Assembly (NCBI GenBank): GCA_000004695.1
Contig: CM000150.2
Coordinates: 4,032,001-4,096,000 of the forward strand
DNA: 64,000 nucleotides
Reading direction: 5' to 3'
Origin: Dictyostelium discoideum
Taxonomy: Eukaryota
Shown here: positions 18,149 through 29,941 of the stretch, piece after piece
Layout: every line of letters starts with the position of its first letter
How positions within the stretch are numbered: position 1 is the first letter of the stretch
Notes under the pieces: generated by a model
Told to the model about the DNA's origin: nothing
What the model saw: only the letters and a program-made list of their open reading frames with translations
Database searches by the model: none
Position numbers and translations under genes: made by a program

Positions 18149-19387
18149 CAATTAGAAATTAATGGAGATAAAAAGAAAAAAGCAATTAGATTAAAGATTA
18201 CAAATGTTATAAAATCATGGGTTGATAAACATTATTATGATTTTTCAGAGGATAAACAATTGACTTTGAAATTGGATCAATTCATTACCAATCATATTAT
18301 GTTTGATATGGATAAGATTGGATTCAATTTGAAGAGATTGTTAACCAATGATCGTGTTGTACCAGTGCCAACCTTTACCCAGGGCCCGCCAACACCAATA
18401 CCACCCAAAATGAAATCAAATGGGTCGGAAATCAATTTCAAAGATTTAGATCCAACAGAGATTGCAAGACAATTGACACTCTATGAATCTGACCTATTCA
18501 GAAAGATTGGTGCAAAGGAGTGTTTGGGTCAAGCTTGGAATAAGGATGGTAAGGAAGAGAATGCACCAAATATAGTCTCGTTCATAAAGAGATTCAATCA
18601 AGTTTCGTCCTGGGTTGCCACAGAAATCGTTAGACAGGAGAAATTAAAAGATAGAGTTTCCTACATAAAGAGATTCATTTTGGTGGCTCAAGAATGTAGA
18701 AAACTAAATAACTTTAATGCCACAATGGAAATTCTATCTGGTCTTCAAAATTCCTCAGTTTATCGTCTAAGAAAAACTTGGGAACGTGTTGAATCAAAAC
18801 CATTACTAAAGAATACTTTAGATGAATTAATGAGTTTAATGTCAAGTGGTGCAAATTATAAAAATTATATTCAAGAACTTCATAATATTCATCCACCTTG
18901 TATACCTTATTTAGGTGTTTATTTAACTCATTTAACTTTTATAGAAGATGGTATGAAGAATGTATTAACAACAACAACTGCAACAACAACCAATACTACA
19001 ACTACAACAACAACAACTACAACAACAACAACAACAAATACTACAACTTCAAATAATAATAATCAACAACAATTAAATGGTGCAAATCGTTCATTTGATG
19101 ATGTTATTATTAATTTTGAAAAATGTAGAAAAATATCTGTGGTCATTAGAGAAATTAAACAATATCAACAACAACAATATCACCTTCATACTGAAGAGTT
19201 TACTTTACGTTATCTAAGTAATTTACCTTCAATTCAAACTCAAAAATCAATGTATAAATTAAGTTTAATTTGTGAACCAAAAGAAAAAGAAACTTCAAGT
19301 TTTGATAGTGGTTATGGTTCAGTTTCTGATCGACCTTCAAAAAAAGAATTTTCAGTGACTTCACTTTTAAATTCTTTTAAGTCTTAA
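15424..19387 (+). CDS. Ras guanine-nucleotide exchange factor (RasGEF N-terminal plus CDC25-homology domain). Proposed model is join(15424..15465,16316..19387).
   Basis: The RasGEF N-terminal motif is 'IVKGGTIEKLVNRLIAKHDPDFTSAFLLTHKSFTTSIELLDLLIEFY'. The catalytic domain is 'LDPTEIARQLTLYESDLFRKI...RFILVAQECRKLNNFNATMEILSGLQNSSVYRLRKTW...IPYLGVYLTHLTFIEDG'. The large ORF has no ATG near its 5' end (the listed start is TTG) and opens right after a stop at 16307. An isolated coding island at 15424-15465, 'AAAATGGATCATACTGAGTGTAACAATCGCATAGAATATTTACAG|gtaaat' (MDHTECNNRIEYLQ), is a plausible first micro-exon. The acceptor aaag|AAT at 16315/16316 joins it in phase 0. Assignment of the first exon is inferential. 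Confidence 0.55.
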
Positions 19388-19947
19388 TAATAATAATAAT
19401 AATAGTAATAATAAAAAAAAAAAAAAAAAAAACTTTTTTAAAAAAAAATAAAATAAACAATTAAAAAAAATTATTAGTGTTTTTACTTTTATCCATTTTT
19501 AGGATAAAAAGTGTTTTTTTTTTTTTGTATTTCCACCTCCCTCTCCATCCTTAATTAATTTTTAATTTTTTTTTTTTATTATCTTTTTTAAGATTTTTTT
19601 TTTTTTTATAATCCACCATCCCGTTTTTTTATAAATTTTCTGAATTTGGTGAAAAACACCAAATTCTATTATTATCTAAAAAAATAAAAAATCTTTTTTT
19701 AGTAAGTGTTCATAAGTTATAACTTTTTTTATTTTTTTCGTTGGTCAAAATTTTGAAAGAAAAAAAAAAATAAAAAATAAAAAAAAAAAAGTTTTTTTTT
19801 TCAATTTTTTTTTTTTGTTTTTTTATTTTTTATTTTTTTTTTATTTTTTTTTTTTTTTTGATTATCATACTCGTTTTTTGAAAAAACATTTCATATATTT
19901 TTATTTATTTATTTCACTTTGAAAAAAAATAAAATAAAATAAAAAAA

Positions 19948-20745
19948 ATGATAAGAAATTTAAAAAATTTAAATTTAGTTGGAAATAGATTTTATAGTAG
20001 TGGTGAAATTAAACATACAACAATTGTTAGTAATGGATTTGGTGGTATGTTAAATATTTTAGGTGAGAATCAACATGTTACATTTAATAAGATTGAATAT
20101 AATGCAGATGGTGATTATGCAATTTGTAAACATCAAGTTGAGAATAAACCATTCGAACCAACAATTGTAAGCAAAAAAGTATTTGAAAGTAGATTAACAG
20201 ATGCTCAAATTGGAGAGATTCAAAAACTTCGTTCAACCAATTCACAAAAACAATTAGCAGAGAAATTCCAAACTACACCATATATCATTTCACGTGTTTC
20301 AAGAGGTACACCAGAGAAACGTCAATCATTGATCGATCAATTCCTATTGAAGAATCCAAAAAAGATCGTAGATAGTGAAGATGTTAAAAAGAATCGTTTA
20401 CAAGATTGGTTCCAACGTAATCAACAAAGAGAATACGAACAAAAGGTTATCAAAGCTGCTACTTCTTTTGAACGTATTAAAAGACAAAGACATTCACTCA
20501 ATGCTCATAATCAACGTATTCATAAAGAATCTTATGAATTTGTTCAAAAATCTCAAATCTCTGAATCTGAAGAAAATCAACCAAGAGTTTTCACAATGGA
20601 AGAAAAGAGAGCAAAAGAAAAAGAATTATCAAAACTTCGTCGTAGAAAAGTTACAACTGAAAAAGATAAAATAAATGAAAGTAATCAACGTATTAAAAAT
20701 AAAACTGAGAGAAAGATTCAAAGAGAAGAACAAGGAAATAATTAA
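19948..20745 (+). CDS. Hypothetical basic protein. It has an N-terminal presequence-like region and an HTH-like segment ('LTDAQIGEIQKLRSTNSQKQLAEKFQTTPYIISRV'), and may be mitochondrial.
   Basis: It is a single ORF with an AAAATG start. The 'LVGNRFYSS' N-terminus and the Lys/Arg-rich C-terminus suggest an organellar nucleic-acid-binding protein. No family can be assigned confidently. Confidence 0.5.
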   Translation: MIRNLKNLNLVGNRFYSSGEIKHTTIVSNGFGGMLNILGENQHVTFNKIEYNADGDYAICKHQVENKPFEPTIVSKKVFESRLTDAQIGEIQKLRSTNSQKQLAEKFQTTPYIISRVSRGTPEKRQSLIDQFLLKNPKKIVDSEDVKKNRLQDWFQRNQQREYEQKVIKAATSFERIKRQRHSLNAHNQRIHKESYEFVQKSQISESEENQPRVFTMEEKRAKEKELSKLRRRKVTTEKDKINESNQRIKNKTERKIQREEQGNN

Positions 20746-21111
20746 TAAATAATAAAAATAAAAAAATAATAAAAAAAAAAAATAAAAAAAAAAAAAGTTT
20801 AAAATTATATACACAAAAATTTAATTATAATTAAACATTATTTCTTATTTTATTAATGTTTGAATTTGGAAATAAAATAAAATAAGATAAAATTAAAATT
20901 TAAACATTTTGAAATAAAAAAAAAAAAATAAAAAAAAATAAAAACAAAATCTTTTTTTTTATATTTTTTATTTTATTTTTATTATTTTAACAAATTGAAT
21001 CTTCATTTTTTTTTTTTTTATGTTTTTTTTTTATTTTTTTTATTTTCATTATTTTTTTAATTTTCACCACAAAATTTTTTTTTAAAAAAACAAAAAAAAA
21101 TTAAATAGAAA

Positions 21112-22599
21112 ATGAATAAATTTGTTAGAGTTGGTCAATATGTTAAATCAAATTATCCACTTTATTTAGGTAGTAAACCAATTACAAAAACTTCATCAAG
21201 TTTAGAAGTTATTGATAAATTTACCAATGAAATTGCAAGTAAAATACCAATGGCAGATAAAGAAATGATTGAACAATCAATTGTTATTGCACAGAAAGCA
21301 TGTGAACCAATGAGACAATTATCAGCAGCAACCAAGAAACAAATTCTTTTAAATATTGCTAATGATCTTGAAAAGAGAGCAGATGAATTTGCTAAAGCAA
21401 TAGTTGTTGAAGTTGGTAAACCATTGGTTGATGCAAATGCAGAAGTTGGTAGAGCAATCGATACATTTACATGTGCAGCAGAGGAATCAATTCGTCAATA
21501 TGGTGAGCAGATTCCATTGGATATTTCATCACGTAATTTGGGTTTCCAAGGTATAACTAAAAGATTCCCAGTTGGTCCAATCTCTATGATTGCACCATTC
21601 AATTTCCCTTTGAATTTATGTGCTCACAAGATTGCACCATCGATTGCTGCTGGTTGTCCATTCGTTTTGAAACCATCAGATCGTACACCAATCAGTGCAA
21701 TGTTGTTGGGTGAACTATTGGCAAAACAAACACCACTCCTTCCAGAGGGTGCTTTCTCAATATTACCAACCACCCATCAAGATGCTTCCATTTTAAGTAA
21801 AGATGAAAGATTCAAGTTATGTTCATTCACTGGTTCACCAGCTATTGGTTGGAAAATTAAAAATGAAGCTGGTAAGAAAAAGGTGGTTTTGGAATTAGGT
21901 GGTGATGCTGCTTGCATCGTTGATTCTGCAACTCAACAATCAAGATTACCATCAATCGCTCAACGTATACTCTTTGGTGGTTTCTATTCTCAAGGTCAAA
22001 GTTGTATCTCTGTTCAAAGAGTTTTCATTCATGATTCACTCTATGATCAAATGAAACAACTATTGATTGATGGTGCTAAACCATTAATTCAACGTATGGG
22101 TGATCCAATGGATCCAACCACTTTTGTTGGTCCAATGATCACTGAACATGATGCTAAACGTGTCGAATCTTGGGTTAATAATGCTGTCTCCAAAGGTGCA
22201 AATGTTTTAGTTGGTGGTAAACGTAATGATCATTTCATGCAACCAACAATCTTGGAGAATTTACCATTGGATACTGAAATCTCTTGTAAAGAAGTATTTG
22301 GTCCTGTATTCTTTATTGAAAGATTCAATGATTTCAAACAAGTTGTTCAACGTGTAAACTCTTCAGAATTTGGTTTACAAGCTGGTGTCTTTACTGATGA
22401 TATTCATAAAGCCTACTACGCCTTTAACAATATAGAAGCTGGTGCTGTCGTTATCAATGATATCCCTTCAGTTCGTGTTGATGCTCAACCATACGGTGGT
22501 GTTAAAGAATCTGGTTTCGGTCGTGAAGGTATCAGACATACAATCGAAGAATATACTGAATTAAAATTAATGATTTTAAAAGATATTGGTAAAATTTAA
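21112..22599 (+). CDS. NAD(P)-dependent aldehyde dehydrogenase family protein
   Basis: ALDH signatures are present. These are the catalytic Cys motif 'FYSQGQSCISVQRVF', 'VVLELGGDAACIV' (the ELGG Glu box), 'FTGSPAIGWKI', the Rossmann 'GPISMIAPFNFPL..KPSDRTP', and C-terminal 'PYGGVKESGFGREG'. It is a single exon. Confidence 0.8.
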   Translation: MNKFVRVGQYVKSNYPLYLGSKPITKTSSSLEVIDKFTNEIASKIPMADKEMIEQSIVIAQKACEPMRQLSAATKKQILLNIANDLEKRADEFAKAIVVEVGKPLVDANAEVGRAIDTFTCAAEESIRQYGEQIPLDISSRNLGFQGITKRFPVGPISMIAPFNFPLNLCAHKIAPSIAAGCPFVLKPSDRTPISAMLLGELLAKQTPLLPEGAFSILPTTHQDASILSKDERFKLCSFTGSPAIGWKIKNEAGKKKVVLELGGDAACIVDSATQQSRLPSIAQRILFGGFYSQGQSCISVQRVFIHDSLYDQMKQLLIDGAKPLIQRMGDPMDPTTFVGPMITEHDAKRVESWVNNAVSKGANVLVGGKRNDHFMQPTILENLPLDTEISCKEVFGPVFFIERFNDFKQVVQRVNSSEFGLQAGVFTDDIHKAYYAFNNIEAGAVVINDIPSVRVDAQPYGGVKESGFGREGIRHTIEEYTELKLMILKDIGKI

Positions 22600-22670
22600 A
22601 ATAAATATAATTGTATAAAAAAAAAAAAAAAAAGGTAACATATTTATTTTTTATTTTATTAAAATTTTTT

Positions 22671-23436
22671 TTAATATGTTAAAGTTAAACCGTTTGATGA
22701 GAATAAAATTTTAACATTTTCTTCAATTTCAAAAATTTGGTTAATTCCAATATCTAATAATTCAATACCAATATTAATATTTTCAATGATTGATTTACAT
22801 TGATATTTTAAATTTTCTAATTTTAATTTAAAATCACCATTAAGAGTTTTAGTTTTACCCAATTCTTTTTTATCATTTTCTAATTTCTCTCTTTTTAAAA
22901 TTAATTCTTTGGTTTTAATTTCATTTTCTCTAATTTTGAATTCAACTTCACCTTTTTGAACTTGAAGATTACCGATATTATTACTTTTATTAATGATTTC
23001 AGAATCTAAATTCTTGATTTTATTTTCTAATTCTCTAATATTACTACTGAATAGACCTGGAATGTCACCGGAAAATGGCTTTAAACCACGGTTTAAATTA
23101 CTCCAGAAATCTTCTCTTGGTTTTTGTGCATTTATGTTATCATGTACTTCACTGATTTGTTGTTTGGAATTTCCAATTTCTTTAATGTAGTCTTGGATTT
23201 GACTTTCGTAACCTTGGAGTTGAACTTGTAAATCTTGATTTCTTTTTATTAATTCTTTTAACTCTTCTTATTTTTTAACAATTTCATCAGTAACTTGTAC
23301 TAATTGATTTATATTTTCTGTAATTAAAATTTCTTGATTATGAATTTCAACATTTACAATCGAAATCCTTTCTTCAAGTATACTATCAAGTTTATTTAAT
23401 TTAACAACTATAATTTGTTTTTCTGCATCATTCATT
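22671..23436 (-). CDS. Coiled-coil protein, either interrupted or with one intron. Candidate model is join(23359..23436,22671..23234).
   Basis: An ATG at 23436 opens 57 codons (frame mod-1: 'MNDAEKQIIVVKLNKLDSILEERISIVNVEIHNQ...EIVKK*') that stop at 23269-23271. A different frame (mod-0) is open from 23246 to 22671 for 192 codons. It reads '..LQGYESQIQDYIKEIGNSKQQISEVHDNINAQKPREDFWSNLNRGLKPFSGDIPGLFSSNIRELENKIKNLDSEII...KTKELILKREKLENDKKELGKTKT...'. This long frame contains no start codon of its own. A GTAAAT donor at 23353-23358 (phase 0) and an AG at 23235/23236 would remove a 124-nt intron and join the frames. Alternatively this is a frameshifted pseudogene. Confidence 0.4.
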
Positions 23437-23514
23437 TTTAATACTTTTTATTTATTATATTAATTATATAATTTTTTATTTTTTATTTTTTTTTTTTAAA
23501 AAGTAGTATTTATA

Positions 23515-23547
<33 letters not shown>

Positions 23548-23665
23548 ATATCTTAATCTTATTCAATCAATTTTCAAATCGTTAGATATTTGGTACAGGT
23601 TTGTGGAGTTTTTATTTTTTAAAAGAAATATACAAATAATATCTTTTCGAATAAACATGTTTAAC

Positions 23666-23699
<34 letters not shown>

Positions 23700-23931
23700 T
23701 ACATTTTATAAAAGATTTTTTTGAAGGACTAATTTCAAATAAAACTAAAAATGGTTTTTTTTTTTTTTTCCAGCCCGATCTAGATTAATTTTTTCAATCT
23801 AATCATGTTTTTATTTTATTTTTTTTGTAAAAATTTCGATTAGATTTAGATCAAATATATTTTTTATTTTTATTTTTTTTTTATTTTTTTTTTTCAAAAA
23901 AAAACTTTTTTATTATATTTATTATATTTAT

Positions 23932-24308
23932 TTATTTTTTATTATTATTCTTTTTTGAATTCCTTTTTATTATATTTTTAAATAAAAAAATAAAAACATT
24001 ATAATTATTTATCCAACAATAAAAAAAGAATAAATAAATACTTGAAAATGTAAATATTAAAACATCGAATGAAATTGGTTTAATTTGAATAAAACTCATA
24101 GTTGCTTTTGTTGGTTGATAAAATTTTACAGTATTTTCAATCTCTAATGTACCAGTTTGAAAAATATCTATTACACAATTTAATTTGTCATTATATTCTT
24201 TAAATATTAATTCAATACCATTAATTAAATCAATTTTATTATTATTATTTTGATTATTTATAATTGTTTGTTTTCTATTTTCATTATTATAATTATAATT
24301 ATAATTAA

Positions 24309-24357
<49 letters not shown>

Positions 24358-24498
24358 TATTATTTCAATTGGTTTTAAAGGTTGAATATAAGGAAACATT
24401 AAATTTGTATTTAATAAAACTTGATACATTGATAACATTGATTGTTCATTTATATCTAAAGAAAATTCTAAAAGTTTTGATAAATCATTATTATTATA

Positions 24499-24539
<41 letters not shown>

Positions 24540-25974
24540 TAATATTATAAATATATGATAATAATGAGGATGCAATTATTTTTGTATTTCTTTTTAAGAT
24601 TGGTAAACTTAATTTTGAATTTGTTGATAAAATTCCATTTGTAGTTGGTGTTGAAAATTGTTTTTGTGTAATTGTCATTGAATCAATATGTTTTCTTGAA
24701 AAGATTTCATGTTTAAAATTAATTTTTGGATTTGAAATATCAATTTTCTTTTGAATGATTGTTAAATTAATATCATCATTTTTTGCAGAGAATTGGTAAT
24801 TTCCAACAAGATTTTTAATTTTTAATGATTTTGTTAATGATTTTGAAATTTGAAGATATAATTTATTTTCATCATTTATTAATTCTTTTTCATTTTCATT
24901 TTCATCTCCATCATCATTATTATTTTTAAAAGTTGAATATGATTTCATACCAATTGAATCAATACATAATACATGATCAATTGAATTTAAAAATGATTTA
25001 GATTGTTGATCAATCCATCTTTTAACACCAAATTCATTTAAACTTGATGCACCAACTAATGTAAATACTAAATTGAATGAAATTGGTTGTGTATTTGGAT
25101 TTGAATATAACATTGAGAAAACTCTTAATAATTCAAAGATTGCTATTGAATTACCATGATTATTAATTTCACCTGATAATGCAGGTATAATACTATACGA
25201 ATCATAACTTGCTAATATTACAATTGTTTTTAGTGGTTGTGATGAATTTAATGATGATCGTTTACATTTTAAAGTTGTTTGAAAATTATAAGAATTTGGA
25301 TTATTTATAATTTCAGGTAACCCTAATGAAATTAAAAATTTAAAATCATTTTGTTGTTTTGGTGTGATAATTTTATCTTTTGAAATTTGGTGGTATGCAT
25401 ATTTAATTAATTCTTCATATTCTTCTTTTTTTACAAAATAAATTGGTACTTTAATTTTAATTTTTAAATTACTTGTATAAATTTTATCATATTCTGTTTC
25501 ACTTAATAATAATTTATCAATATTATCATCATTTTCACTATTTTCATTATTTTCATCACGATTAGGTAATGATGATGATGTTGATGACGGTGATGATGAT
25601 GATGATTGAAAAGGTTCAGTTGAAATTTTAACAATTATTGAATCAACTTTTTTTGAATTTAATATTAAAATAGTATCAATATTGAAATCTGATTGATCAA
25701 CTATTACTGATTTTCCTTCATAATCTGTTGATTGATAAAATTGTTTTTGATAAACCATTAATGATGAACTTAGACTTGCTTTTGAAGGTCCATTGATTGT
25801 TGACCCATTTTTATATTGTAACATTCTATATGCAAATATTTTATTATTTTCATTTCCTACTCTACTTTTATGTAAATTAATATTTGAAAAAAATGATTTA
25901 CTTTCATTTCTTTCAATTAGTATTAATAAAAATAGTACTATTATTATTAAATATAAAAATGATTTATTTAACAT
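23932..25974 (-). CDS. Nicalin/nicastrin-like M28-fold type-I membrane protein (likely non-catalytic)
   Basis: The true start is ATG 25974; the listed start at 25998 is GTG. The signal peptide is 'MLNKSFLYLIIIVLFLLILIERNE'. The core 'VILASYDSYSIIPALSGEINNHGNSIAIFELLRVFSML' matches the 'AxYDSxGxxPxLSxGAxxNGSGxAxLLELxRxFSxL' pattern of nicalin/M28-like proteins. There is a C-terminal TM ('VLIFTFSSIYLFFFYCWI'). Poly-Asn inserts are present. The family call is from motif memory only. Confidence 0.5.
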
Positions 25975-26449
25975 ATTATTATTATTATTTAATTTCACAA
26001 AAATGAAAAAAATAAAAAAAAAAAAAATAAAAAAAAAAAGTAAAAAAATAAAAAAATAAAAAAAAAAAAAATAAAAAAAAAATAATAATATGTGTGTGAA
26101 TGAATTTACAAAATCGTGCTATTAATAGAATTTTTTTTTTTTTTATGAAATTAATTTAATCCAAAAAAAAAAAAAAAAGAAAAAGGAAAAGTTAAGATCT
26201 TAATTGTTTTTTTATTTGAAGAACAATCATTAGGGAATAAATTTAATATTAAAAAAGGTTTATAAAAAAAATTATTCCCTACAAAAATGGTATTCTAAAA
26301 ATTTTGATAGACAAAACATTTGTTTTATAAAAATTATTGTGATTAATTACTTGTAAATAATTTTTTTTTTTAAAAAAAAATATTTTATTATTTATTCTTA
26401 TTTATAGTTTTGCAATTACAAAATTTGCCAAAAAGATTTAAAAAAAATA

Positions 26450-26483
<34 letters not shown>

Positions 26484-26683
26484 AGAATGGTTACATTGAT
26501 TTTTTTTTTTTATATTTTATGCATTTTTGAGTTTCTATTTAAATAAAATATAATAAATCATTGTTAAAAAGAAAAAAAAGAAAATATTAGTCCAGTATTT
26601 TTTCAATTTTTCGCACCCAAAATTATTTTAAGTTTTTTTTTTTTGTCCAGTGACAGACCATTAATTTTATTTTTTGGTTTTTG

Positions 26684-26714
<31 letters not shown>

Positions 26715-26776
26715 TTCATTTTATCAATTATCATTTATTCTAATAATAATATTAAAAAAAAAAAAAAAAAAAAAAA

Positions 26777-27072
26777 ATGGAACCATCAATAGACAATAAA
26801 CCATCTTTTAGAATTAATTTTACAAAAATGCACGGTGCAGGAAATGATTTTGTAGTTTTTGAAAAAAATAAAGTTGAAAGATTAAATGGCGATAAATCAA
26901 CAGTGACCTTTGAAGAAATTGTTGGATTTACAACAAAAATAGCACATAGAAAATTAGGAATAGGTTTTGATCAATTAATTGTCATTGATGATAATCCAAT
27001 TGATAAAAATGCAGCATATGGTATGGATGTAATTAATTGCGATGGTAATATTGGTATGTGTGTTATTAAAAC

Positions 27073-27105
<33 letters not shown>

Positions 27106-27949
27106 TATATATTTTATTTAAATAGTTAACAAATCATAATTATATTTATTAAATAAAGAGGTAATGTGTGGAAATGGTGTTAGATGTTTTTCAAAATATA
27201 TAGTTGATAATAAAGTTTTATCAAAAAATTTAAAAGAACAATTAAATTTTGATGGTGACGATGATATTGAACAAATTATTGAGACTAAATCAGGTATTGT
27301 CAAAACATATCCATTATTAAAACATCATTTAAATAATAAAGATAATGATGTTATAATGGTGAAAGTTAATATGGGAACACCAAAAGTTTCAAGATTTATT
27401 AACGAAATCGATCGTCATATTCCAAAAGTTTTAACAAATCAATCACCAATTGAGAGTTATATGTATACCATTGATATCGGATTACCATACTGTTCAAAAT
27501 TAGAATGTGTTTATGTAACAGTTGGAGGCAACCAATGTGTTGTATTTATCGATAGAAATATTGAATTGGGTTATTTAGATTCTTCATATGGTGATCATAC
27601 AAAATTCTCAACAATTGATTTTAAAGAGATTTCAGATATTATTCAAAGTAATGTAAATGGTTTTGATGATATTCCAAATGTTGAATTTGTAATTCAATCA
27701 CCACAAGATAAACTTGAAAATAAAGTTATCTCAAGAGTTGTTGAAAGAGGTAATGGTGAAACATTAGCATGTGGTACTGGTGCATGTGGTGTAGCAATAT
27801 CATCAATTCTCAAAGGTTATTGTAATGAAAATACTGAAATTACTGTTGAAATGCCTGGTGGTAAATTATTAATTCAATGGAATCCAAATAATGAAATTTT
27901 TAAAACAGGTCCAGCAACATCTGTCTTTAAATCTCAAATTTTAATTTAA
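26777..27949 (+). CDS. Diaminopimelate epimerase (DapF-type), copy 1. Exon model is join(26777..27053,27159..27949).
   Basis: It aligns along its whole length to bacterial DapF. 'FTKMHGAGNDFVVFE' matches 'FSKMHGLGNDFMVVD'. 'KLGIGFDQLIVID' matches 'HLGVGFDQLLVVE'. 'INCDGNIEVMCGNGVRCFSKYI' matches '[22 protein letters not shown]' (first catalytic Cys). 'VNMGTP' and 'GNQCVVFIDRN' are present. 'VERGNGETLACGTGACGVAISS' matches '[22 protein letters not shown]' (second catalytic Cys). 'EMPGGKLLIQW' matches 'ELPGGRLDIAW'. A phase-1 intron (GTATGT donor at 27054, aaag acceptor at 27158) splits the DG..E|xMCGNG motif. Confidence 0.8.
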
Positions 27950-28149
27950 ACTTAAAATAAAATCATTCACTAATTTAATTATTATTATTATTATTATTTT
28001 TTTCTCAACTAATTCTCAAATTTATGGAAAATTTTTTTTAAAAAAAAAAAAAAAAATCCAAACCAGGGCAATTCCATTGCGCAATCTTTTTTTAAACAAA
28101 AAAAAAAAAAATAAAACAATTTTCAATTTCCAATTTTTAATTTTATTTT

Positions 28150-28186
<37 letters not shown>

Positions 28187-28238
28187 ATTGGTCATTATTT
28201 CGATTGTTATCTTTTAAGTTAATAATAAATATTTTAAA

Positions 28239-29396
28239 ATGGAACCAATATTAATTACAAATAAGCCATCATACAGAATTAATTTTACAAAAATGCAAGG
28301 TGCAGGAAATGATTTTGTAGTTTTTGAAAAAAATAAAGTTGAAAGATTAAATGGTGATCAATCAATAATGACCTATGAAGAAATTAGTGGATTTACAAAA
28401 AAATTATCACATAGAAAATTAGGAATAGGTTGTGATCAATTAATTATTATTGATGATAATCCAAATGATAAAAATGCAGCATATGGTATGGGTGTAATTA
28501 ATTGTGATGGTAATATTGGTATGTATATGTGTGTAAAAAAAATAAACCAAATTGAATAATTAACATAAATATATTTTAACAATAAAATATTTAAACAAAT
28601 AGAAAATATGTGTGGAAATGGTGTTAGATGTTTTACAAAATATATAATTGATAATAAAGTTTTATCAAAAAATTTAAAAGAACAATTAAATTTTGATGGT
28701 GATGATAAAATTGAACAAATTATTGAGACTAAATCAGGTATTGTCAAAACATATCCATTATTAAAACATCATTTAAATAATAAAGAAAAGGATGTTATAA
28801 TGGTGAAAGTTAATATGGGAACATCTAAAATATCAAGATTAATTAATGAAATTGATTATAATATTCCAAAAACTTTAAGTAAACAATCACCACTTGAAAG
28901 TTACATGTACACCATTGATATTGGATTACCATACTGTTCAAAATTAGAATGTGTTTATGTATCAGTTGGTGTTAACCAATGTGTTGTATTTATTGATAGA
29001 AATATTGAATTGGGTTATTTAGATTCATCATATGGTGATTTCTCAAAATTCTCAATGATTAATATTCAAGAGATTTCAGATATTATTCAAAGTAATGTAA
29101 ATGGTTTTGTTGATATTGCAAATGTTGAATTTGTAATTCAATCACCACAAGATAAACTTGAAAATAAAGTTATCTCAAGAGTTGTTGAAAGAGGTAGTGG
29201 TGAAACATTAGCATGTGGTACTGGTGCATGTGGTGTAGCTGTAGCTTCAATTCTCAAAGGTTACTGTAATGAAAATACTGAATCTATTGTTGAAATGCCT
29301 GGTGGTAAATTATTAATTCAATGGGATTCAAATAACAGTGAAATTTTTAAAACAGGTCCAGCAACAACTGTCTTTAAATCTCAAATTTTAATTTAA
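28239..29396 (+). CDS. Diaminopimelate epimerase (DapF-type), copy 2, a tandem paralogue. Exon model is join(28239..28518,28603..29396).
   Basis: It is colinear with copy 1 and has the same motifs ('FTKMQGAGNDFVVFE', 'MCGNGVRCFTKYI', 'GETLACGTGACGVAVAS'). The intron is in the identical position and phase (GTATGT at 28519, acceptor aaatag at 28602). Confidence 0.8.
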
Positions 29397-29440
29397 TTTT
29401 TTTTTTTTTTTTTTTTTTTTCTAAACAAAATAATAAAAAT

Positions 29441-29490
<50 letters not shown>

Positions 29491-29904
29491 TACAATTATT
29501 TTATTTAAAATTTTATTAAATCTAGAAAAAAATGGTTTTAAAATATGAAAACCTGTTTAATTTTAAATTAAAAAAAATAAAATAAAAAAAAAAAAGAATT
29601 AATATATTTTCAGTATTGTAAAAAAAAAAATAAAATCAAATAATTACTTTTAAAAATTTTTTAAATAATTAATAAACGAATGTTTTGGTTGTTATAAAAA
29701 TTCCTAAACAGAAAAATAGAGTAAATAATAATAGATAAAATAAAAATATATTTAGAGGTTTATGTGAAAAAAATGCTATATAAGGTTCTACCATTATTTT
29801 TTTGAATATATAATATGTTTAAATTTTTTAAAATTAAATATTTTAAAATTAAAATAATAAAAAATAGTAATAATAAAAAAAAAAAAAAAACAAAAATAGT
29901 TATA

Positions 29905-29941
<37 letters not shown>

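Noticed and set aside
23266-23300. Alternative short introns (GTTACT or GTTAAA donors, 46-61 nt) to bridge the coiled-coil gene frames
   Set aside because: The donors lack the near-invariant +3 A/+5 G and are at or below the minimal intron length. The 124-nt GTAAAT model is retained as the only plausible splice solution.
26600-26660. 'cgcacccaaaatt ... gtccagtgacagaccatt' upstream of dapF-1, considered as a DUSE plus small ncRNA (Class I RNA or snoRNA)
   Set aside because: The DUSE-like motif is imperfect. The downstream 40-60 nt shows no Class I RNA 11-nt motif or terminal stem. It is more likely the dapF-1 promoter region.
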